Shown piece after piece: positions 36,028-44,468 of a stretch of DNA of 63,384 nucleotides. The stretch is taken from positions 1 through 63,384 of the IMG/VR virus record IMGVR_UViG_3300017987_000091; one strand, given 5' to 3'. The translations under genes were made by a program, and so were the position numbers. The notes under the pieces were generated by a model. It saw nothing but the letters and a program-made list of their open reading frames with translations. It made no database searches and was not told the origin of the DNA. How positions within the stretch are numbered: the stretch's first letter is position 1; every line of letters begins with the position of its first letter. The DNA is from a virus (Duplodnaviria > Caudoviricetes).

Positions 36028-37122
36028 CTACAGCGGGGGCGGGGTGATGATCCCCAGCAGGTTATTCCCGGCCTGGCGCATCTTCACGCCACCGATCGAC
36101 ATGTAGCAGTACGTGACCTTTTCGAAGCCCATCGCCTGCTGCGGCAGCATGGTGAAGCCCTGGGGCACGATGATCGTGCAGCCCAGCCGGTCCTTGCGGT
36201 AGAAGAACATGTAGTCGGTGCCGCCGGGGCCGGTGCCCTGGAATTCGTGCACTTCTTCCATGTCCTGGATCATCTTCTGGTTCTCCACGAAGGCCTTGCC
36301 GATCGTGGTGTCGGTCCCGGTGGACCGCATGCGGCTGAACAGGTAGTTGCGCAGCCGGGGGCTGGTGGCGCAGGCGTTGGGCCGCATGACGTTCTTCGTC
36401 ACGTTGGCCGGGTGGTTCGCCATGCTGTTCAGTTCGCCCAGGATGGTGTCGGCCGCGGTGGCGTCCACGAAGGAACTGGCCACCGTCTTCTTGCCCAGCC
36501 AGGGGTAGTCCAGCACCCCGAACACTTTGGCCGGCTTGTAGCCGTACATCAGGATCTGGTTGGCCCGTTCCATGATCACGTCGCGACACGTGCGCATGTC
36601 TTCGGCGGCCTGGGCGAAGCCGGCGAAGTTCGCCGACTGTTCTTCGAAGATGGTGGTGCTGAAACCGGCCACGATGTGGATCACCGGGGTGGTTTCCTCG
36701 GCCTGGCTGTTGCCGACCATGGGCACCTTCACGCCGGCGCGGTACACCGACGCTTCACCCTGCTGGTAAAGCCGCCGCTGCGTCACCGTCTTCGCGCCAG
36801 GGGGCACGCTGGTGTCCATCGGGAACAGCTCAAACGCGTTCTGCGCGGGGTATTGCTCCCGCAGAACTTCGTTCATCACGTGTTCCAGATCCCTGGCCAT
36901 GAACAGGCCCTGCGACGTGCTGAAGCTGTCCAGGCGCCCATCGGCGCGCATCTGCTGCAGCTGGCTGTCGAAGTGCCTGGCGTTGGCCTGCTGGCGGAAT
37001 TCGTGGGGCTTCACGCGGGCCTGGCTTGCGCCAGCTTGGAAACCGTCATGGGCCGCCAGAAAGCGGTCGCCCAGCTGGTGGGCTTCGCCGGTGTGGGCAT
37101 CGATCACGATCGAAGTTGTCAC
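36028..37122 (-). CDS. Major capsid protein (DUF2184-like, HK97 fold)
   Basis: ARDLEHV...YP, FGVLDYP, YRKD, GGVKMR; follows the protease and decoration genes. Confidence 0.88.
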   Translation of the reverse strand: MTTSIVIDAHTGEAHQLGDRFLAAHDGFQAGASQARVKPHEFRQQANARHFDSQLQQMRADGRLDSFSTSQGLFMARDLEHVMNEVLREQYPAQNAFELFPMDTSVPPGAKTVTQRRLYQQGEASVYRAGVKVPMVGNSQAEETTPVIHIVAGFSTTIFEEQSANFAGFAQAAEDMRTCRDVIMERANQILMYGYKPAKVFGVLDYPWLGKKTVASSFVDATAADTILGELNSMANHPANVTKNVMRPNACATSPRLRNYLFSRMRSTGTDTTIGKAFVENQKMIQDMEEVHEFQGTGPGGTDYMFFYRKDRLGCTIIVPQGFTMLPQQAMGFEKVTYCYMSIGGVKMRQAGNNLLGIITPPPL

Positions 37123-37140
37123 GGTATTGCTCCTTTCGGC

Positions 37141-38301
37141 CTAAGCCACGTTCAGCCGGATCACGGCCAGGTTGTCGCCATCAGCCGCACGGCCATCCCG
37201 TTCCCACACGGCCATGCTGGCGGGCAGCGAAAGCCGGGTGGAGCTGTTGGTGTTGTAGAACATGCCCGTGTTCGTGGTTCCCAGCTCCACATACACGGTC
37301 TGTTTGTGGGTGATGGTCTGCTCGCTGTGCACCCACACTTCCCCCTTCTTCACCACCTTCATGGGGACGTTGGCCGCGTAGGCCGGATCGTCGGTGGCGA
37401 TGGTCAGATCTTCATCGTTGGACGACCACTTGCTGATCCCCGCAAAGGCCTTCAGCAGCGACGTGCTGGGGCTGGGGCCGGTGGTGTAGGCCACGGTGAA
37501 GGTGGGGACGCTGGCGCCCTGGTCGCCGACCAGCACGTAGGCGTCAAATTCCAGGCCGGCCACTTCGGCCGTCAGGGTGACTTCGGTGCCGCTGGAACCA
37601 TCGGCGATCACGCTGTTGTTGGGCAGCTGGGTATTCAGCCCGGCCGCCAGTTCGGCGCACAGGTCGGCCAGGTCGGTGTCGCTGACAGCCGCGAAGCTGG
37701 CGATCACCAGGCCGGTGTGCTTGTTGATCACCGTGATGGCCACTTCTGCGCTGGCCACGTAGGTGGGGGTGATGGTCATCACCTGGGGGGTGAACAGTGC
37801 GCTGGCGGCCTTGGCCCCCAGTTCGTCATCTTCACCCGCCTGGTACCCCAGGGACATGATCGCCAGGCCGAACCCCACACTGGACGCCGTGGCGTTGGCG
37901 GTGGTGTTCGTCAACGTGCACTTGCTGTCCACGTTGGTGATGGTCCACCCGATCCCCGGATAGATCGCGGTGATCGTGATGTTGTCCACGCCGTCGCTGA
38001 CGCAGGTGGCATAGCCGCGCGCCAGGGGGGTGGTGATGAACGCGGCCGCCAGGCCGTCGCAGATTTCCGCCTTGGTGGCGGTGGCGTCGGCCTGGTACTG
38101 GACCAGTTCACCGTTGATCAGGAAGGTGTACAGGTGATCGTTGGTGGCGGTGTCCACCTTGATGTCGTCCACCTGGGCAACCACCCCGCTGTTGTTCTGC
38201 AGGGTGATTTCCTGCACCGATCCTTCGTATCGTTCCGCCAGCTTCCCGATGAGACCCTGGGGACGCCGGCTTCTGACCGAATTCTGATCGATTGCTGTCA
38301 T
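37141..38301 (-). CDS. Capsid decoration/cement protein with Ig-like inserts
   Basis: VGFGLA...VVKKGEVWV cement motifs with two inserted similar beta domains. Confidence 0.7.
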   Translation of the reverse strand: MTAIDQNSVRSRRPQGLIGKLAERYEGSVQEITLQNNSGVVAQVDDIKVDTATNDHLYTFLINGELVQYQADATATKAEICDGLAAAFITTPLARGYATCVSDGVDNITITAIYPGIGWTITNVDSKCTLTNTTANATASSVGFGLAIMSLGYQAGEDDELGAKAASALFTPQVMTITPTYVASAEVAITVINKHTGLVIASFAAVSDTDLADLCAELAAGLNTQLPNNSVIADGSSGTEVTLTAEVAGLEFDAYVLVGDQGASVPTFTVAYTTGPSPSTSLLKAFAGISKWSSNDEDLTIATDDPAYAANVPMKVVKKGEVWVHSEQTITHKQTVYVELGTTNTGMFYNTNSSTRLSLPASMAVWERDGRAADGDNLAVIRLNVA

Positions 38302-38364
38302 CGTTTCAGTCTCCTAGTTCGTGGTTGATCCTTGCGCCTGCAGCTGTGCCGCCGGCGTCAGCTG

Positions 38365-40278
38365 CTAGTTCATGCGCGCCTTGTGCTGCGCGTCGATCCG
38401 ATTCCGCCACAGCAGATCGGGGTCGTTGTCCTTGTCGCTGTCCTGGCGCTGCTGCTGGTCCTGCGGTGCGGCCTGCAGGCTGGACTGGAAGCCCTGGCTG
38501 ATGCCGTCGTAGCGGTCACCACCGGCCGGCCGTCCGTCCTGGCGCGGGGCGCCCTGGTCCGGGGCCTGGGACTTCATCACCGCGAAGGCGGCCTTGAAGA
38601 ACCCGGCGTCGGCGTTTTCGGGCACGTCCTTGCTGTCCAGCTTCTTGCGCACCACCTGTTCCCGGATCTGGTCGTTGTCCAGCTTGTCCAGGTCGTCGGC
38701 CTTCAGGCCGCTGTCGGTGGCAACCTTCACCAGTTCGGTGCGGTCCTTGAACCAGTCCAGCCGATCGGCCTTGGCCTGGGCCTGGGCGTCGTCGCTTTCG
38801 CTGTCGGCCTTGGCCTGCTTCAGCTGTTCCAGTTCTTCCTTGGTGCCGGTCAGTTCGTCTTCCTTGGCCTTCAGGTCGGCCTGCGCCTTGGCCAGATCGT
38901 CTTCGGCCTTCTTGTATGCGCTGGTCATGTCGTCCACCAGGCGCATCAGGCCGGATCGGGCGTCGGCCGAATCCAGACGGGCCGCGGCATCCCGCAAGGC
39001 CGCCAGCATCTGCTTGAAGTTCATAGCGAAACCTCCAAAAAGGGAAAAAGGTTGCGGGCCTGATCCGACCCTTGTGGTTGAAATCGCACTGTCGGCGCGC
39101 AGCCTGATGTCCTTGCCGCCGCGTGCCGCTTCGGTCAGCGCGAGGTGGTTGTACCTTCGATCCCGCTGGATCGCGTCGTAGTCCCCGAATTCGGGGTGAT
39201 GGCCGGGGGTGCGGTCCAGGCGGCAGCGGTAGCCGGGGGACAGTTCCACGATCCGCTTGGCGCGCACTTCGTTCACGGCATCCCGGCGCCTGATGCAGCC
39301 CTTGATCCGCACGTAGCCGCCTTCGGTCACCAGTTCAATGTCCCCGTCCACGTCCCCCACCTGCAGATCCTTCACGTTGTCAGGGTCCACGAACACGCCA
39401 CCGGGGGGGTGTTCCAGGGTGATGGGCTTGCGGCCGATGGTGGCCACGCTGGCGTCCTTGTGCAGTTCTTCGGGTGGCACCAGCTCCCTGGTGATCCCGC
39501 CGTTCGCGTCGCGGTATTCCAGGATCCCCGGCTTCGCGATGTCCCCCACGAACAACATGAAGCCTTCGTCAGTCATGCGGGGCTGCAGCATCGTGCCACG
39601 GTCGATCCGGTATACCCAGTCCCCGGCGTTGTCGCCGTCGCCGGCGGTGTCTTCCCGGTTGGCGTCCAGGTGTTTGCGCAGGTGGGACTGAAGCCGATCC
39701 CGCTGTGGGTTCGGCACAGGGTCACCACTGCGGCCCCCGCCTGATGCCGACAGGGCAGCGCGCACGCCGGCCAGGTTCACCACCATGCGGTTGGCGTCGT
39801 CCACGTCGTGGTGAATGTACTTGTAGGAATCCAGGTTTGTGGGGTCGCCGTCCACCAGGCCGAAGAATGGACGGTAGGCTGCACGGTGGCCGGCGTCGGT
39901 CAGGTCCAGTTCGCCACCGCCGGCGGCCTTCTTCCTGGCCCTGCTGGTGGCCTGGTCGGCGTCCCAGCTGCGATCGTCGGGAAGGGCCGGGGTGGCCTTG
40001 TAGGGCACCACCACCAGGTCGTCGGCGTCCTGGTTGTCGTCGGCTTCTTCAAACTGGATCGGCTTCAGGCCCTGGTCGGCCAGCCATGCCTTGGCGCCGG
40101 CGACGGTCCACACGTCCTTCGCAAACCGCACCGCCTGGCGTTCCTTCGCGCCCCCCGTCTTCAGCTCCCCCACCAGGATGGTGACGCCCTTGGGCATGCC
40201 CCTGGACAGCGTGGTGAACCCTTCCCTGAACAGGGCCGGATCCTTCAGTCGTGCGCTGTGGAAATTGGGGAAAGGCAA
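38365..40278 (-). CDS. Capsid maturation protease/scaffold (DUF2213) with N-terminal extensions
   Basis: IAKPGILEY, PITLEHP, ELSPGYRC, YDAIQR...NHLAL...ARGG; coiled-coil C-terminus; TTG start. Confidence 0.88.
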   Translation of the reverse strand: MPFPNFHSARLKDPALFREGFTTLSRGMPKGVTILVGELKTGGAKERQAVRFAKDVWTVAGAKAWLADQGLKPIQFEEADDNQDADDLVVVPYKATPALPDDRSWDADQATSRARKKAAGGGELDLTDAGHRAAYRPFFGLVDGDPTNLDSYKYIHHDVDDANRMVVNLAGVRAALSASGGGRSGDPVPNPQRDRLQSHLRKHLDANREDTAGDGDNAGDWVYRIDRGTMLQPRMTDEGFMLFVGDIAKPGILEYRDANGGITRELVPPEELHKDASVATIGRKPITLEHPPGGVFVDPDNVKDLQVGDVDGDIELVTEGGYVRIKGCIRRRDAVNEVRAKRIVELSPGYRCRLDRTPGHHPEFGDYDAIQRDRRYNHLALTEAARGGKDIRLRADSAISTTRVGSGPQPFSLFGGFAMNFKQMLAALRDAAARLDSADARSGLMRLVDDMTSAYKKAEDDLAKAQADLKAKEDELTGTKEELEQLKQAKADSESDDAQAQAKADRLDWFKDRTELVKVATDSGLKADDLDKLDNDQIREQVVRKKLDSKDVPENADAGFFKAAFAVMKSQAPDQGAPRQDGRPAGGDRYDGISQGFQSSLQAAPQDQQQRQDSDKDNDPDLLWRNRIDAQHKARMN

Positions 40279-40346
40279 TGGGCCCCCGTGTGGTCGCGTG
40301 TTTTTCTAGGGTGGGACCAGGTGGGCCGGATCCGTCAACGATCGAC

Positions 40347-40386
40347 GTGGATCCACTTGGAAAAACCGCTCATTCGCCTGTACAAT
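40347..40386 (+). promoter_or_regulatory. Candidate promoter with palindromic operator
   Basis: GTGGATCCAC-TTGGAA-N18-TACAAT; same layout as 12104-12142. Confidence 0.6.
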
Positions 40387-40432
40387 CTGCGCAGCCTTGT
40401 ACAACCCAGCACCAACAGGAAGGGATCCAGCC

Positions 40433-40903
40433 GTGCCCAGGACACAAGTGAACGTCAGCGAATTTCGGCAGCACTATGCCGACTACATGAACCAGGTGGA
40501 ACACAAGGGGAAGCCCCTGGCCATCATGCGGAACAAGACGCCGGCGGTGCTGATGATCCCCGCCCACGTGATGCAGAAGAAGCCTGCGGTGGCCATGGCC
40601 CTGGTGGCCGAACTGCTGGAACCCTTCGCCCAGGACCGGGAAGCCTTCCAGTGGATTGCCAAGCGCCTGCTGGCCGAAGCCAGCGAAACCCCCGACGCTG
40701 ACGCCTACATTGTCCAGCTGGAAGGGCTGTCCTTCAAGGGGGACAACCTGCACGCGGTGGCGGAAATGATCAACCAGTCAGCCCACAACCACCGGGCCCG
40801 CATGACCAGCGACGGCACCAGGATGGTGGTGATGAACCGGGCCGGCCATATCGTGCAGACGGTGCCGAAGAAGAAGGGCGCCGGCGGCAGCGCCAGCAAG
40901 TAG
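40433..40903 (+). CDS. Phd/YefM-like DNA-binding domain protein
   Basis: QVNVSEFRQHYADYMNQVEHKGKPLAIMRNKTPAVLMIP; AGGAAGG RBS; antisense to the head operon. Confidence 0.72.
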   Translation: MPRTQVNVSEFRQHYADYMNQVEHKGKPLAIMRNKTPAVLMIPAHVMQKKPAVAMALVAELLEPFAQDREAFQWIAKRLLAEASETPDADAYIVQLEGLSFKGDNLHAVAEMINQSAHNHRARMTSDGTRMVVMNRAGHIVQTVPKKKGAGGSASK

Positions 40904-40905
40904 GA

Positions 40906-41178
40906 TCAGGCCAGCTTCGCTTCCCCGGTTTCTGGATCGATCTTGATCCCGCGGCCTTCAGGGTATCCTTGGGCGCGCTTCGTGCCTTCCTTCAGCCAGC
41001 CTTCAGGGGTGAAGAAGTAGCCGGCCCGTTTCACGGCCATCAGCGCCAGGTCGTGCCTGTCCTTGGCATCGAAGTCGGGATCAGCGTCAGCTACCAGCTG
41101 GGCCAGCTCCCTTTCGTAGATCCGGCGTGCTGCCTTGGGCAGTTCAGCCAGGGGGTCGCCATGACCGTCAGAATTCAT
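40906..41178 (-). CDS. Small protein, candidate MuF-toxin immunity/partner
   Basis: 90 aa, start overlaps the MuF stop; function inferred from position. Confidence 0.5.
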   Translation of the reverse strand: MNSDGHGDPLAELPKAARRIYERELAQLVADADPDFDAKDRHDLALMAVKRAGYFFTPEGWLKEGTKRAQGYPEGRGIKIDPETGEAKLA

Positions 41179-43789
41179 CGGGATCACCGAATCGCTTTTT
41201 GAAGTAGGCCGCTTCGCGGGGGTACATTTCTTCATAGGTATCAGGCGACATGTTCCAGATGCTGAAGTTCTCAGCGAAGTCTTCCCCTTCATTATACCGC
41301 GAATAGTCGGTGATCCACCCCTGATCAAGCAATTCCTTTTCCTTCACCTTGTCAATAAACAGGCCGCGGGTTCCTTCAGATTCTTCCAGATCCATGCGGT
41401 TCAGCAGGCGCTTGTAAGACTTCTTATAGCGGGGGTTCTGCATCCCTTCTATGGCCTTGGCTGTTATGTCCAGTTCGAACTTCGCCTGGTGCAGTTCGTC
41501 AGGCGTCAGCTTCACCCCGGCAGCCTTGGCAGCCCGCTGCACTTCCTTCACCTGTCGATCATCACCCCAGGGCAGCCGTTCGAACTTCAGGCGCTTGCCC
41601 GTCAGCCGTTCCACGTTGTCGGCCGCGGCTTTCCTGGCCCGTTCGTTGAATTCCTTGAAGTCAACCCATGGCCGCAAATTGGCCCAGTCTGGATCGCTGG
41701 TCCAATACTTCCCGCTGATCTTCCTTTCATAGTCCACATGGTGGCCCACTTCGTGCCTGATATACCGCTGGGCGTTCCACCGCACTGTCCTGTCCTTCGA
41801 TTGCAGTTCCTTGAACCTGTCGCTGCCGATCACGATCGTTCTGTTGTCGTGGGAATAGCTGGCCATGACACGTTGATCCGCATGGCGACCCTTCACGAAC
41901 CGCACAGTGGAAAGATCCTGGGCAAAGGTGTCGCCCATGCCCCGCACCACGTCCCTGACTTGCTTCTGTTCCTTGTCCTGCAGTTGATAGGTGCGTTGAT
42001 ATCCCTGGTACCTTGCGCCCTTCACGGGTTCGAACCGCTGGGGTTCCTGCATCACCCGTTCCACCGGCGCCAGTTCTTCCAGATCGAAATCTGAAACCGG
42101 GGGCGTGGCCACGTCTTCGGGTTCCACGATCTTCATGGGCTTCTTCGGCGGCGTCGGCGGTGGTGGCTTCGCGCTGGGCTTCCTTGGCTTCGGCACCTTC
42201 GTCGGTGGGGCCTTTGGCTTCGTCGGGGCCTTCTTTTTCGGTTTCGGCTTCGGTGCTGGCTTCGGCTTCGCCTTCGGCTTGCTGGGGGCCTTCTTCGGCT
42301 TCTTCGGCACGGGGCCCGCTTCGGTCGCCGGCGACGGCACCCGGTACGGCTTGCGCGGTTCCACGCCCTTGATCACCTTCTTGAAGGGCACTTCGGTGCT
42401 GAAGTCGTAGTCCTTCCCGCGGTGCTTCATCTGGCCGGTGATCACCAGGCTGTTCTTGCCTTCCTGGTGCGTCATGGTCACCGCGTTGCCCTTCTGCGGG
42501 CCCACCCGGCCCTGCAGTTCCCACCGTTCGGGGAAGTCCTTGGCCGTCTGACCAGGGATCAGGGTGTCGTTTTCCTTGGCTTCCTTCAGCTGTTCGCTGG
42601 GGGACTGGTGGGCCTTCACGGTGTAGCTGTTGTTCCCCAGCCTGACCAGCTGCCCCGGCCGCATGCGGGGGACGGGCAGCGGGATCGGATCCGGCTTCGG
42701 CTGGCCCATGATCACCGCTTCGGTGGCCTGGTACCGTTCGGCTTCCTTTATGAGCTCCACCACGTCTTCGTCGTCCCAGACGGGGGCAGCGGTGCACCTG
42801 CACTGATAGTCCTGGCCAGGGTGCAGGCTGCGCCCACCCACGTCGGGGGGCTTGTCCCAGTCGAAGATCTTGCCGTCAACGGCCCGGTGGGATTCCCGCA
42901 CCCGTTCGTCCCCCACGGTCATCCATTGGTACCTGTGGGCGTCCAGGGCCACCTGACGTTCCCCCCGCACCTGACCGTTGAACTTCCCCACCTGGTCCCT
43001 GGCGATCAGCCTGGCGCGGGATTCGGCCACGTTGTAGCGGCCTTCGATTTCCTTGGCCAGATCTTCCACGTTGCGGCCCAGGCGCAGGGCTTCTTCCAGG
43101 TGTTCGGCCACCTGGTCGTGATACTGCTGATCGATGCTGCTGATCAGGCTGACGTTCTCCCGAATGAACTGGCGCGCGGCGTCGGTGTCCTTCCCCGGCT
43201 TGAAGATGCTGATCTGGGCCACCCGCTGCACGTCGCGGTCCAGATCCTGGTTGGCGTTCTTGTCGATCCCCCTGGCCACAGCCCCGATCTTCCCCTTGCT
43301 GGGGGGGTTGCCCTTGCTGAAGGCCCGCTTGCTGCGCTCCACCACCCGCAGCACTTCGTGGGTATCGCCTTCCACGCTGTCCAGGTGGCGCACTTCGTCC
43401 AGCAGCTGCCCCAGGCCCATGGCCATGATTTCGTCCACTGTGAAGGCGTCGGCCCGCTTGGCCCGTTCGTTGATCCCCGGCCCCAGCTTCTTCAGCACCG
43501 GCTTCAGCTGTTCCATCAGAAACAGGTGGGCAGCCCTGGCACGGGCCACCAGCTGCTTGGTGTAGTCCTGTTCCACCTTGGCGGGGTAGGTGGGGGGGCT
43601 GTGCTTCCTGTTCTTGTACAGGGCCCTGGCCCGCTTCTGGGCGGCCTTGACAGCACGGCCGAACAGCTGGGCCTTCTGCTTGGCCCTGGCTTCGTCTTCG
43701 GCGTCGTTGGGGTCGTATACGAAGGCGGTGCCGTTCGGCCCCCACTGGAACGCCGGCTGCCCCCCCAGCTTGATCCGGCGCACGGCCAT
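41168..43789 (-). CDS. MuF (SPP1 gp7-like) minor head protein with C-terminal HExxH metallopeptidase-like domain
   Basis: RARLIARDQ, W.TVGDERVRESH, PGQDYQCRC; Pro/Lys linker; HEVGH...DYSRYNEGEDFAE...YPREAAYF. Confidence 0.85.
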   Translation of the reverse strand: MAVRRIKLGGQPAFQWGPNGTAFVYDPNDAEDEARAKQKAQLFGRAVKAAQKRARALYKNRKHSPPTYPAKVEQDYTKQLVARARAAHLFLMEQLKPVLKKLGPGINERAKRADAFTVDEIMAMGLGQLLDEVRHLDSVEGDTHEVLRVVERSKRAFSKGNPPSKGKIGAVARGIDKNANQDLDRDVQRVAQISIFKPGKDTDAARQFIRENVSLISSIDQQYHDQVAEHLEEALRLGRNVEDLAKEIEGRYNVAESRARLIARDQVGKFNGQVRGERQVALDAHRYQWMTVGDERVRESHRAVDGKIFDWDKPPDVGGRSLHPGQDYQCRCTAAPVWDDEDVVELIKEAERYQATEAVIMGQPKPDPIPLPVPRMRPGQLVRLGNNSYTVKAHQSPSEQLKEAKENDTLIPGQTAKDFPERWELQGRVGPQKGNAVTMTHQEGKNSLVITGQMKHRGKDYDFSTEVPFKKVIKGVEPRKPYRVPSPATEAGPVPKKPKKAPSKPKAKPKPAPKPKPKKKAPTKPKAPPTKVPKPRKPSAKPPPPTPPKKPMKIVEPEDVATPPVSDFDLEELAPVERVMQEPQRFEPVKGARYQGYQRTYQLQDKEQKQVRDVVRGMGDTFAQDLSTVRFVKGRHADQRVMASYSHDNRTIVIGSDRFKELQSKDRTVRWNAQRYIRHEVGHHVDYERKISGKYWTSDPDWANLRPWVDFKEFNERARKAAADNVERLTGKRLKFERLPWGDDRQVKEVQRAAKAAGVKLTPDELHQAKFELDITAKAIEGMQNPRYKKSYKRLLNRMDLEESEGTRGLFIDKVKEKELLDQGWITDYSRYNEGEDFAENFSIWNMSPDTYEEMYPREAAYFKKRFGDPDEF

Positions 43790-44106
43790 CAGTTCGCCCC
43801 GGCGTCTTCCAGTTCCAGATCCTGGTGCTGCTGCAGTACGTGATCGATGTGGGACACGATCGCGGGATAGACGCAGTTTGGCAAGTGCCCGAAGCTGACC
43901 ACCATGCGGCACCAGGGGCACAGGAAGCCGTCGTTGACGCGGATCGCTTCGGCGGTGACCAGGGCGTCCTTGGCAAATTCCAGGGCTTCCCTGCTGGCCG
44001 TCAGGGTGTCGTGCTGCTTCTGGATCCTGTCGCCCATGCCTTCCACCACTGTCCTGGCTGCGGGAAGGTCCAGAAAGCTGATCCCTATGGCGGCCGCGTC
44101 GGTCAC
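43789..44106 (-). CDS. Hypothetical protein with CxxC/HxxxC motif
   Basis: GTG start coupled to the upstream stop; CPWC...HLPNC. Confidence 0.55.
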   Translation of the reverse strand: MTDAAAIGISFLDLPAARTVVEGMGDRIQKQHDTLTASREALEFAKDALVTAEAIRVNDGFLCPWCRMVVSFGHLPNCVYPAIVSHIDHVLQQHQDLELEDAGAN

Positions 44107-44465
44107 TACTTCCCGGCGTCCTTGTCCTTCGGTTCGGCCTTCGGCTTGCTGTCCAGCTTCACGTCGCCCAGGTCGGCCTTCTGCCGCGCGGTCAGGGCCT
44201 TGTAGCACTGCTGTGCGTTCAGCAGGGCAGCCTTGAAGGCGGGGTTGGCCTTGGGCCCCAGCTTGCCCACTTCGGTGATCTTGAAGTCGCCCTGGTCCTT
44301 CTGCTGCTTGCTGGTCAGCTTCTTGAACTTCGCGTGCGCCAGCGCCAGGGCGTCCCAGAACCGGGCCAGCTTGTGGGCCGGCATGTTCCGGGCCTTGTAC
44401 TTGGCGGCCCTGGCTTTTTCCTTGGCTTCGCTTCCCATCTGGATCGTCAGGTTACCGGGGGGCAT
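44106..44465 (-). CDS. Hypothetical basic protein
   Basis: 119-aa Lys-rich ORF after the portal. Confidence 0.6.
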   Translation of the reverse strand: MPPGNLTIQMGSEAKEKARAAKYKARNMPAHKLARFWDALALAHAKFKKLTSKQQKDQGDFKITEVGKLGPKANPAFKAALLNAQQCYKALTARQKADLGDVKLDSKPKAEPKDKDAGK

Positions 44466-44468
44466 CGT

